Source of the DNA: Betaproteobacteria bacterium LSUCC0117
Lineage (GTDB): Bacteria > Pseudomonadota > Gammaproteobacteria > Burkholderiales > Burkholderiaceae_C
Direction of reading: 5' to 3'
NCBI GenBank assembly: GCA_030441535.1
Contig: JAUJFZ010000006.1
Span: forward strand, 6,456 to 38,455
DNA: 32,000 nt
Part shown: positions 24,529 to 32,000 of the stretch, in pieces
Position numbering within the stretch: the stretch's first letter is position 1
How the letters are laid out: each line of letters opens with the position of its first letter
Made by a program: the position numbers and the translations under genes
The notes under the pieces: generated by a model
What the model saw: only the letters and a program-made list of their open reading frames with translations
Told to the model about the DNA's origin: nothing
The model's database searches: none

Positions 24529-26847
24529 GTGAACGAAGCTGATACACGGGCAGAACTCATTGACCCCAAACTTAAGCAAGCTGGTTGGGGGGATGTGGCA
24601 GAGTCACGTGTTCAGCGTGAGTACAACATCAATGCGGGCGAGATTCGCTCTGGTGGTATTCGTACTGGACAGATGAAGGCTGACTATGTGTTGGCATATA
24701 AGAACCGCAAGCTGGCTGTCGTTGAAGCAAAGAGTATAGAAGTTGAAGTGGGTGAGGGTGTGGCACAAGCCAAGCTCTACGCTACCAAGCTTGAACTCGC
24801 CTATACCTATTCCACCAATGGCAAGGAAATCTATGAGATATGCCTATCCACTGGTGAGGAAAAGCTAATAGACAGCTTCCCTACACCTGATGAACTCTGG
24901 CAAAGAACATTTGGTGATGCTAATGAGTGGCAAGCTAAGTTCAACGCTGTACCATTTGAAGATGTTAACGGGACAAAGCAGGCTCGCTACTACCAAGAAA
25001 TCGCTGTCAATAAGGTAATGGAATCCGTTGCCACTAATAAGCAACGCATTCTTCTGACACTGGCAACGGGTACAGGCAAGACCTTTGTTGCGTTTCAAAT
25101 CGCTTGGAAGTTGTTTCAGGCACGTTGGAACTTGAGCAAAGACGGAAAGCGTACACCTCGCATCTTGTTCTTAGCTGATAGAAATATTCTTGCGAATCAA
25201 GCTTACTTAGACTTTGGTGCGTTCAAAGAAGACGCACTTGTACGCATCAGTCCAAGCCAAATAGCCAAGCGTGGTGAAGTACCTAAGAACGGGAGTGTGT
25301 TCTTTACTATCTTCCAAACCTTTATGAGTGGGGCAGATGGTAAGCCCTATTTTGGTGACTATGAACCCGACTTTTTTGATTTAGTAATCATTGACGAGTG
25401 CCACAGAGGAGGAGCCAATGACGAAAGTAACTGGAGAGATATTCTCAATTACTTCAGTCCAGCGGTTCACTTGGGGCTGACAGCAACCCCTAAGCGAGCG
25501 GACAACGCTGACACATACAAATACTTTGGTGAGCCAGTCTACAAGTACAGCTTAAAAGAAGGCATACAAGATGGCTTCCTAACACCGTTCAAAGTTAAGC
25601 GTATTCAGACAACAATGGATGAATACGTCTATACGCCAGATGATCAAGTGTTAGAAGGTGAGGTTGAGGAAGGCTACGTCTACACAGAAAAAGACTTTAA
25701 TAAGAAGATTGTCATACATGAGCGTGAACGTAAGCGAGTACAAGAGATGCTTGCTAACATCAATCCAATGGAAAAGACGTTGGTGTTCTGTGCTAATCAA
25801 GCACACGCCGCAATGGTTAGAGATATCATTAACCAAGAATCCAGTATTAAAAAAGCTGACTACTGTGTGCGTGTCACAGCTAATGACGGGGCGATTGGTG
25901 ACACATACCTTAAGCAATTCCAAGACAACGATAAGCAAATTCCTACCATCATAACTACAAGTCAAAAGCTTACGACTGGTGTAGACGCACGTAATGTTAG
26001 GAACGTGGTTCTTATGCGTCCAGTTAACTCAATGATTGAGTTCAAGCAGATTATTGGACGTGGTACACGATTGTTTGAGGGTAAGCATTACTTCACCATC
26101 ATTGACTTCGTCAACGCTTATCACTTATTCAGCGATTCTGAATGGGATGGCGAGCCAATTGAGCCAGAACCAAAAACCCCTAAGCCTCCTAAGGAACCAC
26201 CAGAGGGTGGCGGAGAAGGAAGCGACGGTGGCGATGAGGGTGGTGACACTAAAGAGAAAAAGGTAAAGATTAGGCTCAGTGATGGCAAAGTACGTGAGAT
26301 ACAGAGTATGCGTAGTACTCTGTTCTATGTGGATGGAAAGCCAATCAGTGTTGAGGAGTTCTTACAAAAGTTGTTCAACACACTACAGCTGCCTGAGTTC
26401 TTTGGTTCGGAAGAGGTTTTACGTAAGCTATGGGCTAATCCCATCACACGTAAAGAGCTCCTTGTCAAACTTGAACATCACGGTTGTGCCAAAGAGGACT
26501 TAGTCAAACTACAAGAGATGATTGACGCACAGAACTGCGACTTGTTTGACGTAATTGAGTACATCAGTTACGCCAAAAAGCCAATCACTCGTGCCGAACG
26601 TGCCTCCAACGCACAAGGAAACATCTATACGTTTCTGAATGAGCGGCAGAGAGACTTCATTGCCTTCATTCTAAGAAACTATGTACAAGATGGAGTAGAC
26701 GAGTTGGATATTTCCAAGTTGAGTTCGTCACTGACTTCTAAGTACGGTAGTGTCTACGAGGGACAAAAACAGCTTGGTGACGTGGATGAGATTAAGCGTG
26801 TATTTGTCGAATTTCAACAACACTTGTACAACGTAAAGATTGCCTGA
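24529..26847 (+). CDS. hsdR: Type I restriction enzyme, endonuclease/translocase subunit R (short, EcoAI/EcoEI-like architecture)
   Basis: 772 aa. N-terminal NEADTRAELIDPKLKQAGW and a PD-(D/E)XK element (KADYVL...VVEAKS). Helicase motifs LATGTGKT, IIDECHRG, LGLTATP, QIIGRGTR. A low-complexity linker (EPEPKTPKPPKEPPEGGGEGSDGGDEGGD) precedes a C-terminal helical domain. AAGGAG lies 5 nt upstream of the GTG start. Confidence 0.93.
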   Translation: MNEADTRAELIDPKLKQAGWGDVAESRVQREYNINAGEIRSGGIRTGQMKADYVLAYKNRKLAVVEAKSIEVEVGEGVAQAKLYATKLELAYTYSTNGKEIYEICLSTGEEKLIDSFPTPDELWQRTFGDANEWQAKFNAVPFEDVNGTKQARYYQEIAVNKVMESVATNKQRILLTLATGTGKTFVAFQIAWKLFQARWNLSKDGKRTPRILFLADRNILANQAYLDFGAFKEDALVRISPSQIAKRGEVPKNGSVFFTIFQTFMSGADGKPYFGDYEPDFFDLVIIDECHRGGANDESNWRDILNYFSPAVHLGLTATPKRADNADTYKYFGEPVYKYSLKEGIQDGFLTPFKVKRIQTTMDEYVYTPDDQVLEGEVEEGYVYTEKDFNKKIVIHERERKRVQEMLANINPMEKTLVFCANQAHAAMVRDIINQESSIKKADYCVRVTANDGAIGDTYLKQFQDNDKQIPTIITTSQKLTTGVDARNVRNVVLMRPVNSMIEFKQIIGRGTRLFEGKHYFTIIDFVNAYHLFSDSEWDGEPIEPEPKTPKPPKEPPEGGGEGSDGGDEGGDTKEKKVKIRLSDGKVREIQSMRSTLFYVDGKPISVEEFLQKLFNTLQLPEFFGSEEVLRKLWANPITRKELLVKLEHHGCAKEDLVKLQEMIDAQNCDLFDVIEYISYAKKPITRAERASNAQGNIYTFLNERQRDFIAFILRNYVQDGVDELDISKLSSSLTSKYGSVYEGQKQLGDVDEIKRVFVEFQQHLYNVKIA

Positions 26848-26856
26848 GGTAACGAT

Positions 26857-27804
26857 ATGTTAGGTGAATTTGAACCAGTAGACTTGCGAACTATTTGGAA
26901 TAATGAGGCAACGGACTTCACACCGTGGCTTGCTAAAGCTGAGAATTTAGAGCGGCTTAGTAAAGCATTGGGTATGGATTTAGAGACGACTGGCACAGAG
27001 CAAAGTGTCGGCCCATATCGTGCGGATTTGCTTTGTAAGGACGCATTTAGTGGCAATGCGGTACTCATTGAGAACCAATTAGAGAAGACGAACCACAGTC
27101 ATTTAGGGCAGATTCTGACCTACTCTGCGGGACTGAATGTAAAGACTGTTGTGTGGATTGCGTCACGCTTCACTGACGAGCATAGAGCCGCACTTGACTA
27201 TCTAAACGAAATTACAGAAGAAGGTTACAGCTTCTTTGGACTTGAGATAGAGCTATGGAAGATAGGTAATAGTGTTCCAGCCCCCAAGTTCAACATAGTT
27301 TCACGTCCAAATACGTGGACAAAGAATGTTCGAGAAAGTAACCAACAACACGGTGAGTTGACTGAAATTAAGCGTCAACAGTTGGCTTACTGGAGTGCTT
27401 TCAAAGAATTTATGGACGCTCGTAAGAGCTCTGTACGTTGCCAAAACGGCTCGCCTCAGCATTGGGTGAATATGAGCATTGGCAAAAGTGGTTTCTGGTT
27501 AACGGCTCGTGTGAACAGCCTTAAGTCAATCATATCTGCCGACTTCCGATTTAAGACGCCTTCTTCTAAGGCGTTATACCATCAGTTTTATTCTGACAAA
27601 GAGGCGATTGAGAGAGAGTTTGGTGGCGAACTTGAGTGGTTTGAATTGCCCGAAGGTAAAGAATCTTATGTGACTGTCACGAAGTCTAAGTCTGACTTTA
27701 GGAACGAAAGTGATTGGGATAGTCAATTTACTTGGCTAGCTGAGCGACTTGAGAAGCTTGACAACGTGTTTAGAAAGCGAGTGAAGAAGGTGGATTTAGA
27801 ATAA
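26857..27804 (+). CDS. RM-operon accessory protein: PD-(D/E)XK-nuclease-like N-terminal domain plus a DUF4268-like C-terminal domain
   Basis: 315 aa, starting 9 nt after the hsdR stop with a GAGG SD. N-terminus: GPYRADLLCKD...AVLIENQLEKTNHSHLGQILTY (D...E.K-type core). C-terminus: YWSAFKEFM...HWVNMSIGKSGFWL...ELEWFELPEGKESYVTV...WLAERLEKLDNVFRKRV. This matches my recollection of DUF4268; not verified. Confidence 0.65.
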   Translation: MLGEFEPVDLRTIWNNEATDFTPWLAKAENLERLSKALGMDLETTGTEQSVGPYRADLLCKDAFSGNAVLIENQLEKTNHSHLGQILTYSAGLNVKTVVWIASRFTDEHRAALDYLNEITEEGYSFFGLEIELWKIGNSVPAPKFNIVSRPNTWTKNVRESNQQHGELTEIKRQQLAYWSAFKEFMDARKSSVRCQNGSPQHWVNMSIGKSGFWLTARVNSLKSIISADFRFKTPSSKALYHQFYSDKEAIEREFGGELEWFELPEGKESYVTVTKSKSDFRNESDWDSQFTWLAERLEKLDNVFRKRVKKVDLE

Positions 27805-27900
27805 TTTTTTCCATTCGCATTCTGTGTATCAAAACGAAAGTAAAATCAAAGCTTCACAGGCACTTAGTCCAACCATAAGGGAACTTATGTCCGTGCGCAA

Positions 27901-27970
27901 AGTTACACAAAAGTTACACATGAAAAATCACCGCTCACAAGTCGTTGATTATATTGACTATTTTAGTCAA
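27901..27970 (+). repeat. Right-arm repeat cluster (candidate integrase/RDF binding sites)
   Basis: Tandem AGTTACACAAA-AGTTACACA (27901-27920). AAGTCGTTGATT (27939-27950) is related to the left-arm AAGTTGTTGATT. Inverted repeat TTGACTA-ttt-TAGTCAA (27954-27970) lies 6 nt from the att core. Confidence 0.65.
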
Positions 27971-27976
27971 GTAACT

Positions 27977-27991
27977 ATTGAGTGGGAATAG
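27977..27991 (+). repeat. attR core (displaced copy of the guaA 3' end)
   Basis: ATTGAGTGGGAATAG is a 14/15 match to 16807..16821. GC-rich host sequence resumes immediately to its right. Confidence 0.85.
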
Positions 27992-28034
27992 TACGCTGAG
28001 CGCCCAATGACCATGGTCTGAATCAAGGCGCACG

Positions 28035-28892
28035 GTGTCCAACAACCTCAAAGCCGCCCTGTGGATGCTGGGCGCCATCGCATCCTTTTCGGCAATGGCG
28101 GTCGCGGGTCGCGAGGTCAGTCAATGGCTTGATACCTTCGAGATCATGACCTACCGCAGTCTGGTGGGCATCGTGGTCCTGTGGGTCATCCTCACACTAA
28201 CCGGACAATGGCGGCAGGTGACGCGTCGCTCAATCAGCACGCATGTGGTTCGCAACGCTGCGCATTTCACGGGGCAGAACCTGTGGTTTTATGCGATGAC
28301 TTCGATTCCCTTGGCGCAGGTGTTTGCGCTCGAGTTCACTTCGCCCATTTGGGTGGTCTTACTGTCTCCATTGATTTTGGGTGAGCCACTGACACGCCTC
28401 CGGTTGATGTCGGTGTTGGTTGGTTTTGTGGGGATCTTGATCGTCGCGCGCCCGTCGCCAGACACCATCAGTCCAGGATTGATTGCGGCAGCCAGCTCTG
28501 CTGTTTTCTTTGCGCTGTCTGTGATGTACACACGACTGCTCACGCGCACCGAGACCGTGCTGTGCATCATGTTCTGGCTCACGTTGATGCAGGCTGCTTT
28601 TGGCATCATCTTCAGCGCTTGGGATGGTGACATGGTGGCGCCATCGGCCCAGACATTGCCGTGGTTGGTTCTGATCGGATTGGCAGGGCTGCTGGCTCAC
28701 TATTGCCTCACCAGCGCACTGGCTATTGCGCCTGCGACCGTGGTCGTGCCAATTGATTTTGTGCGTTTGCCGACCATTGCGATCGTCGGTATGTTGCTTT
28801 ATGGCGAGGCACTCGATGCGTGGGTGTTTGTCGGTGCCACCGTGATCTTCGCTGCGAATTACGCCAATATTTGGTATGCGAACAGGCGTTAA
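28035..28892 (+). CDS. DMT-superfamily (EamA-like) transporter
   Basis: 285 aa, about 10 hydrophobic helices, two EamA-like halves (ALWMLGAIASFSAMAVAGR...; ...LIGLAGLLAHYCLTSALAIAPATVVVPIDF). GTG start. Confidence 0.8.
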   Translation: MSNNLKAALWMLGAIASFSAMAVAGREVSQWLDTFEIMTYRSLVGIVVLWVILTLTGQWRQVTRRSISTHVVRNAAHFTGQNLWFYAMTSIPLAQVFALEFTSPIWVVLLSPLILGEPLTRLRLMSVLVGFVGILIVARPSPDTISPGLIAAASSAVFFALSVMYTRLLTRTETVLCIMFWLTLMQAAFGIIFSAWDGDMVAPSAQTLPWLVLIGLAGLLAHYCLTSALAIAPATVVVPIDFVRLPTIAIVGMLLYGEALDAWVFVGATVIFAANYANIWYANRR

Positions 28893-29071
28893 GGCCCCGT
28901 GAAACCCTAGCTCGATTCGGTGACGGTTTCGTACCTTCCGGGCAGCACAATTTCAATCAACTCCAGATCCTCCCAACGGGCTATCTCCCGATGCCTAATC
29001 AATGAGGCGCATGCGTATCAACCCAGACTAAAATCGCCTTTGACCAGCGATAGGTCATAAAGGAGCCTCCG

Positions 29072-29698
29072 GTGTCTACTGATAGTTTGTACGTTCCGCC
29101 GCAATTTAACTGCACCGACATTGACAAGGCGCAAGCGCTCGTTCGTGCCTACCCCTTGGCGCAGTTGGTCTCGGTGGGGAGCGATGGTGCACCCTTCATA
29201 TCACCGTTACCCCTTGAGACGTCTACCAGTGACCCTTGGGTGCTCATCGGCCATTTGGCGAACGCCAACCCCCAGGTTGCCTTGTTGAAAACCAATCGAA
29301 AAGCTTTGGTGACGGTGATGGGGCCACAGGCTTATCTGTCTCCAACCGTCTATCCAGATTCACAGCGCGTACCCACTTGGAATTACGTCACCTTGCACGC
29401 GCAGGTGGATGTACAGCCGATCGATCCAGCGACCGACAAAGATGCGTTGCTCAAAGCCTTGATCAAAACACATGAACCCCCGTACGCCGCGCAATGGCGT
29501 GGATTACCCGAGTCATACACGGAAGCCATGCTGAGAGCCATTACGGGCTTTACCCTGACTGTCACAGCGTGGACGCTGAAGGTCAAAGTCAACCAGCACC
29601 GACCCGAAGCCAAAGCCGCGATGCTTGCCCAGTATGCGAAGGGTGACGGCAGCGCGCAGGCACTGGTCGAATGGATTGAAGGATGGCAGCGGCCGTGA
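29072..29698 (+). CDS. paiB: FMN-binding negative transcriptional regulator (PaiB family)
   Basis: 208 aa. LYVPPQFNCTDIDKAQALVRAYPLAQLVS..., ...GHLANANPQ..., ...PTWNYVTLHAQG-like VPTWNYVTLHAQV are typical PaiB signatures. Confidence 0.75.
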   Translation: MSTDSLYVPPQFNCTDIDKAQALVRAYPLAQLVSVGSDGAPFISPLPLETSTSDPWVLIGHLANANPQVALLKTNRKALVTVMGPQAYLSPTVYPDSQRVPTWNYVTLHAQVDVQPIDPATDKDALLKALIKTHEPPYAAQWRGLPESYTEAMLRAITGFTLTVTAWTLKVKVNQHRPEAKAAMLAQYAKGDGSAQALVEWIEGWQRP

Positions 29699-30864
29699 CA
29701 GAGGCGGCTGAGGGCGCTCGAGCTGAGGATGTCGCCGGTATGCAGGCGGCCCTGGATTTGGCGTCCAAGGCTTACGCGTGTGGGGAGGTGCCTGTCGGCG
29801 CGGTGGTTGTGCGCAATGGGCAGGTGGTTGGACGGGGATTCAATCAACCCATTGGCAGCCATGATGCCAGTGCACATGCGGAGATACAGGCGATCCGCGA
29901 TGCTGGCCGGGCGATAGGAAACTACCGTCTAACCGACTGCACGATGTATGTCACGCTAGAACCTTGCGCCATGTGTGCCGGTGCCATTATGAATGCCCGC
30001 TTCACAAGGGTGGTCTATGGGGCGTCTGAGCCGAAAACGGGCGCAGCCGGTTCGGTGATTGATTTGTTCAGCAACGCTACTTTGAACCACCACACCACCG
30101 TAGAAGCGGGGGTGTTGGCCCAAAGTTGTAGCGAGCTATTGGGGCGATTCTTCGCCGATCGGAGAGCGGTTAATCAACAGCAGGCTACCCCCTTACGAGC
30201 GGATGCGTTGCGAACACCGGCAGTAGCCTTCGAGGCACTCAAAGACTTTGACTACCCACGCCATCGCTTAGATGCGCCCGATTTGCTTCAAGGGCTGCGA
30301 CTTGAGTACATTGATATGGGCCCAAGGGAGGCTGCAAAAACATGGCTACTCATTCATCCCGCCCACGGTTGGAGCGCGTCTTGGCGCCATTGGATAGAGC
30401 CACTCCTCGCGCTGGGCTACCGCGTGGTGATCCCGGACTTGATTGGATTTGGGCGCAGCGACAAGCCCAAAAAGGAAACCGTGCACACGCCTGAGTTTCA
30501 GAGCGCAGTCTTACGCGCACTCGTCAGTGCAATTGATGCCGCTGGTCTGCGCGTTGTTTTCTGCAACGATACGATGGGGTTAAACCTCGCGCAGACGGCG
30601 GAAGCGCTGAAACCAGGTGCCGGCGCTTGGTTGATCGCTGTGGCCAGTGATAACCGCAGCCGAGAGGCTTTATCGGTGGACGCGCTACCGTATGTTGATC
30701 AGGGTCACGCTGCCGCTATGCGAGCGGTGCGACGCTGGCCCAAGCCAGCCATTGACGTGCCCTCAAGGGTTATATTGTCGTCGTTACCCTACCAGTTATA
30801 CGATTTGGATCCGCAAGCTGATGCGCAGAGGCGAACTGCTCTTATCTCGGCGCTTGCGAGCTAA
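29683..30864 (+). CDS. tadA: tRNA adenosine(34) deaminase TadA fused to a C-terminal alpha/beta-hydrolase-like domain
   Basis: N-terminal about 165 aa: GEVPVGAVVV, HAEIQAIRDA (Zn His/Glu), TLEPCAMCAGAI (PCxxC). C-terminal about 220 aa: LLIHPAHGWSASWRHWIEPLLALGYRVVIPDLIGFGRSDKP resembles the start of haloalkane-dehalogenase-type hydrolases, but the nucleophile-elbow region reads VFCNDTMGLN. The start could instead be M20 (29740). Confidence 0.8.
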   Translation: MAAAVTEAAEGARAEDVAGMQAALDLASKAYACGEVPVGAVVVRNGQVVGRGFNQPIGSHDASAHAEIQAIRDAGRAIGNYRLTDCTMYVTLEPCAMCAGAIMNARFTRVVYGASEPKTGAAGSVIDLFSNATLNHHTTVEAGVLAQSCSELLGRFFADRRAVNQQQATPLRADALRTPAVAFEALKDFDYPRHRLDAPDLLQGLRLEYIDMGPREAAKTWLLIHPAHGWSASWRHWIEPLLALGYRVVIPDLIGFGRSDKPKKETVHTPEFQSAVLRALVSAIDAAGLRVVFCNDTMGLNLAQTAEALKPGAGAWLIAVASDNRSREALSVDALPYVDQGHAAAMRAVRRWPKPAIDVPSRVILSSLPYQLYDLDPQADAQRRTALISALAS

Positions 30865-30886
30865 CTTTCACAGAAAAACAATACAC

Positions 30887-31813
30887 ATGAGTCACATTTA
30901 CCTGCTTTCTCCCAGCTCTGCGGTTCGCGATAAGGCGGCGTTGCGGCGCGGTGTCAAACGACTGGAAGCAGCAGGCCATCAAGTTGAGGTCGATGCCCAC
31001 GCCTTGAACCGCGACACCCGCTTTGCGGGTACCGACACCGAGCGGCTGGCCGCCATCAAGCGGGCTGCCGCCAGCGGGGCGGATACCGTGATGACGACTC
31101 GGGGTGGGTATGGCCTCAGCCGCCTGCTACCGGCCCTGCCCTACAAAGCCATTGCCAAGTCAATTGATAAAGGAACCCATTGGGTCGGCTTCAGTGATTT
31201 CACGGCATTCAGTTTGGCAGTGATGACCAAGACGCGGCGTGTCACGTGGGCGGGTCCCGCGGTGGTTGAGGATTTCGGCGCACTTGACGGTGTCGATGAA
31301 ATCACTGACCTGTGTTTTGATGACCTGATGACCCACATGAGTGAGGGCACCGGTTGGCGCATTGGCAAAGATGACCCCACCGCGTTTAGTGCGCAAGGGT
31401 TAACGCTATGGGGAGGGAATTTGTCCATGATCACCTCATTGGTTGGAACCCCTTATCTGCCCGCTGTGACGCGTGGCGCCCTGTTTATTGAGGATGTCGC
31501 TGAGGCACCCTATCGAATCGAACGCATGCTCACACAACTGCTGCATGCAGGGATTCTGGCCAATCAAAGGGTCATTTTCCTAGGCGCATTTAACCGATTC
31601 ACCGCGTCTCCTCAAGACAGGGGTTACGGCCTGAAAGCTGTCATTGCTTGGCTACGGACCCATACCAAAGCGCGGGTCATCACGGGACTGCCCTTCGGGC
31701 ACGTACCGACCAAGGTGCTTCTGCCAGTGGGGCAAACGGTTGATGTGGCGGCCACGGGGCGAGAGGTGCTGGTTTTGTGGTCCCACGATCACACTCATGC
31801 GCACCACCACTGA
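30887..31813 (+). CDS. ldcA: LD-carboxypeptidase (peptidase S66, muramoyltetrapeptide carboxypeptidase-like)
   Basis: 308 aa from ATG 30887 (MSHIYLLSPSSAV...). It has TTRGGYGLSRLL, the nucleophile motif VGFSDFTAF, and LPFGHVPTKVLLPVG. The track's upstream extension overlaps tadA. Confidence 0.8.
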   Translation: MSHIYLLSPSSAVRDKAALRRGVKRLEAAGHQVEVDAHALNRDTRFAGTDTERLAAIKRAAASGADTVMTTRGGYGLSRLLPALPYKAIAKSIDKGTHWVGFSDFTAFSLAVMTKTRRVTWAGPAVVEDFGALDGVDEITDLCFDDLMTHMSEGTGWRIGKDDPTAFSAQGLTLWGGNLSMITSLVGTPYLPAVTRGALFIEDVAEAPYRIERMLTQLLHAGILANQRVIFLGAFNRFTASPQDRGYGLKAVIAWLRTHTKARVITGLPFGHVPTKVLLPVGQTVDVAATGREVLVLWSHDHTHAHHH

Positions 31814-31833
31814 GGCCTGAACTGGAGCCCCCC

Positions 31834-32000
31834 ATGACACTGCCATCTCGTCGACGCACCTTCGAAATACTTGAACGCGTGAACGGCAATGACCGAGTTG
31901 CCAAATGGGTTAACGGCTTCATCATGATCCTGGTGTTGGTCAATATTTGCGCGGTCATCATCGAGTCGGTCGAATCGATCTACCAGGCCTACAGCACGGC
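31834..32000 (+). CDS. Ion-transport (voltage-gated-channel-like) protein, N-terminal fragment (continues past the window end)
   Basis: Hand translation from ATG 31834 (GGAG 6 nt upstream) gives MTLPSRRRTFEILERVNGNDRVAKWVNGFIMILVLVNICAVIIESVESIYQAYST... This is the typical cytoplasmic N-terminus plus first TM helix of bacterial ion-transport-family proteins. Confidence 0.5.
   Translation, partial: MTLPSRRRTFEILERVNGNDRVAKWVNGFIMILVLVNICAVIIESVESIYQAYST

Larger units (their letters stand above)
16807..27991. mobile_element. Integrative genomic island (about 11.2 kb) inserted in the 3' end of guaA
   Basis: Abrupt composition change at both ends. An integrase gene lies next to the left junction. 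The flanking imperfect direct repeats are ATTGAGTGGGAGTAG and ATTGAGTGGGAATAG. Both ends share arm-type motifs. Confidence 0.9.

Noticed and set aside
16982-27804. The island as a prophage or an ICE.
   Set aside because: No capsid, tail, terminase or lysis genes are present, and no type IV secretion, relaxase or coupling-protein genes. At 11 kb it is far too small for either.

Overview
The window is GC-rich chromosomal DNA, by eye about 57-60% GC. Gene content (rho-rpmE2, trxA, an AddAB-type helicase-nuclease pair, guaA) looks betaproteobacterial, Burkholderiales-like. It is interrupted by an AT-rich island of about 11.2 kb (16807..27991, by eye about 40% GC) inserted into the 3' end of guaA.

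Host genes, left flank:
- partial polytopic membrane protein
- rpmE2, rho, trxA
- addB-like and addA-like genes
- DsbA-like oxidoreductase, DsrE-like lipoprotein, cupin
- enoyl-CoA hydratase, acyl-CoA synthetase, metY, CoA-binding protein
- guaA

Host genes, right flank:
- DMT/EamA transporter
- PaiB-like regulator
- a TadA-alpha/beta-hydrolase fusion
- LD-carboxypeptidase
- partial ion-transport protein

The island is bounded by an imperfect 15-bp direct repeat, ATTGAGTGGGA(G/A)TAG, which is the last codons plus the stop of guaA. Both ends carry shared arm-type repeat motifs. In order, the island encodes:
- a 433-aa tyrosine integrase
- three proteins of unknown function, one extremely proline-rich
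- a small Rep-like protein with the three HUH rolling-circle motifs
- about 400 bp of A-skewed non-coding DNA packed with AGCT-based palindromes and direct repeats
- a FimB/FimE-sized tyrosine recombinase that is essentially a catalytic domain only
- a two-gene operon for a truncated H-NS-like protein (no DNA-binding domain) and a hyper-acidic 80-aa protein
- a translationally coupled hsdM-hsdS-hsdR type I restriction-modification operon with a fourth gene (PD-(D/E)XK-like N-terminus plus a DUF4268-like C-terminus)

The most interesting parts are the uncharacterised island core (Rep plus the AGCT repeat region plus the mini-recombinase), the truncated-H-NS/acidic-protein pair, and the overlapping divergent promoters between that pair and the RM operon. 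No rRNA, tRNA, CRISPR array or IS element was recognised. All functional calls come from motif recognition by eye and memory of protein families, not from database searches.
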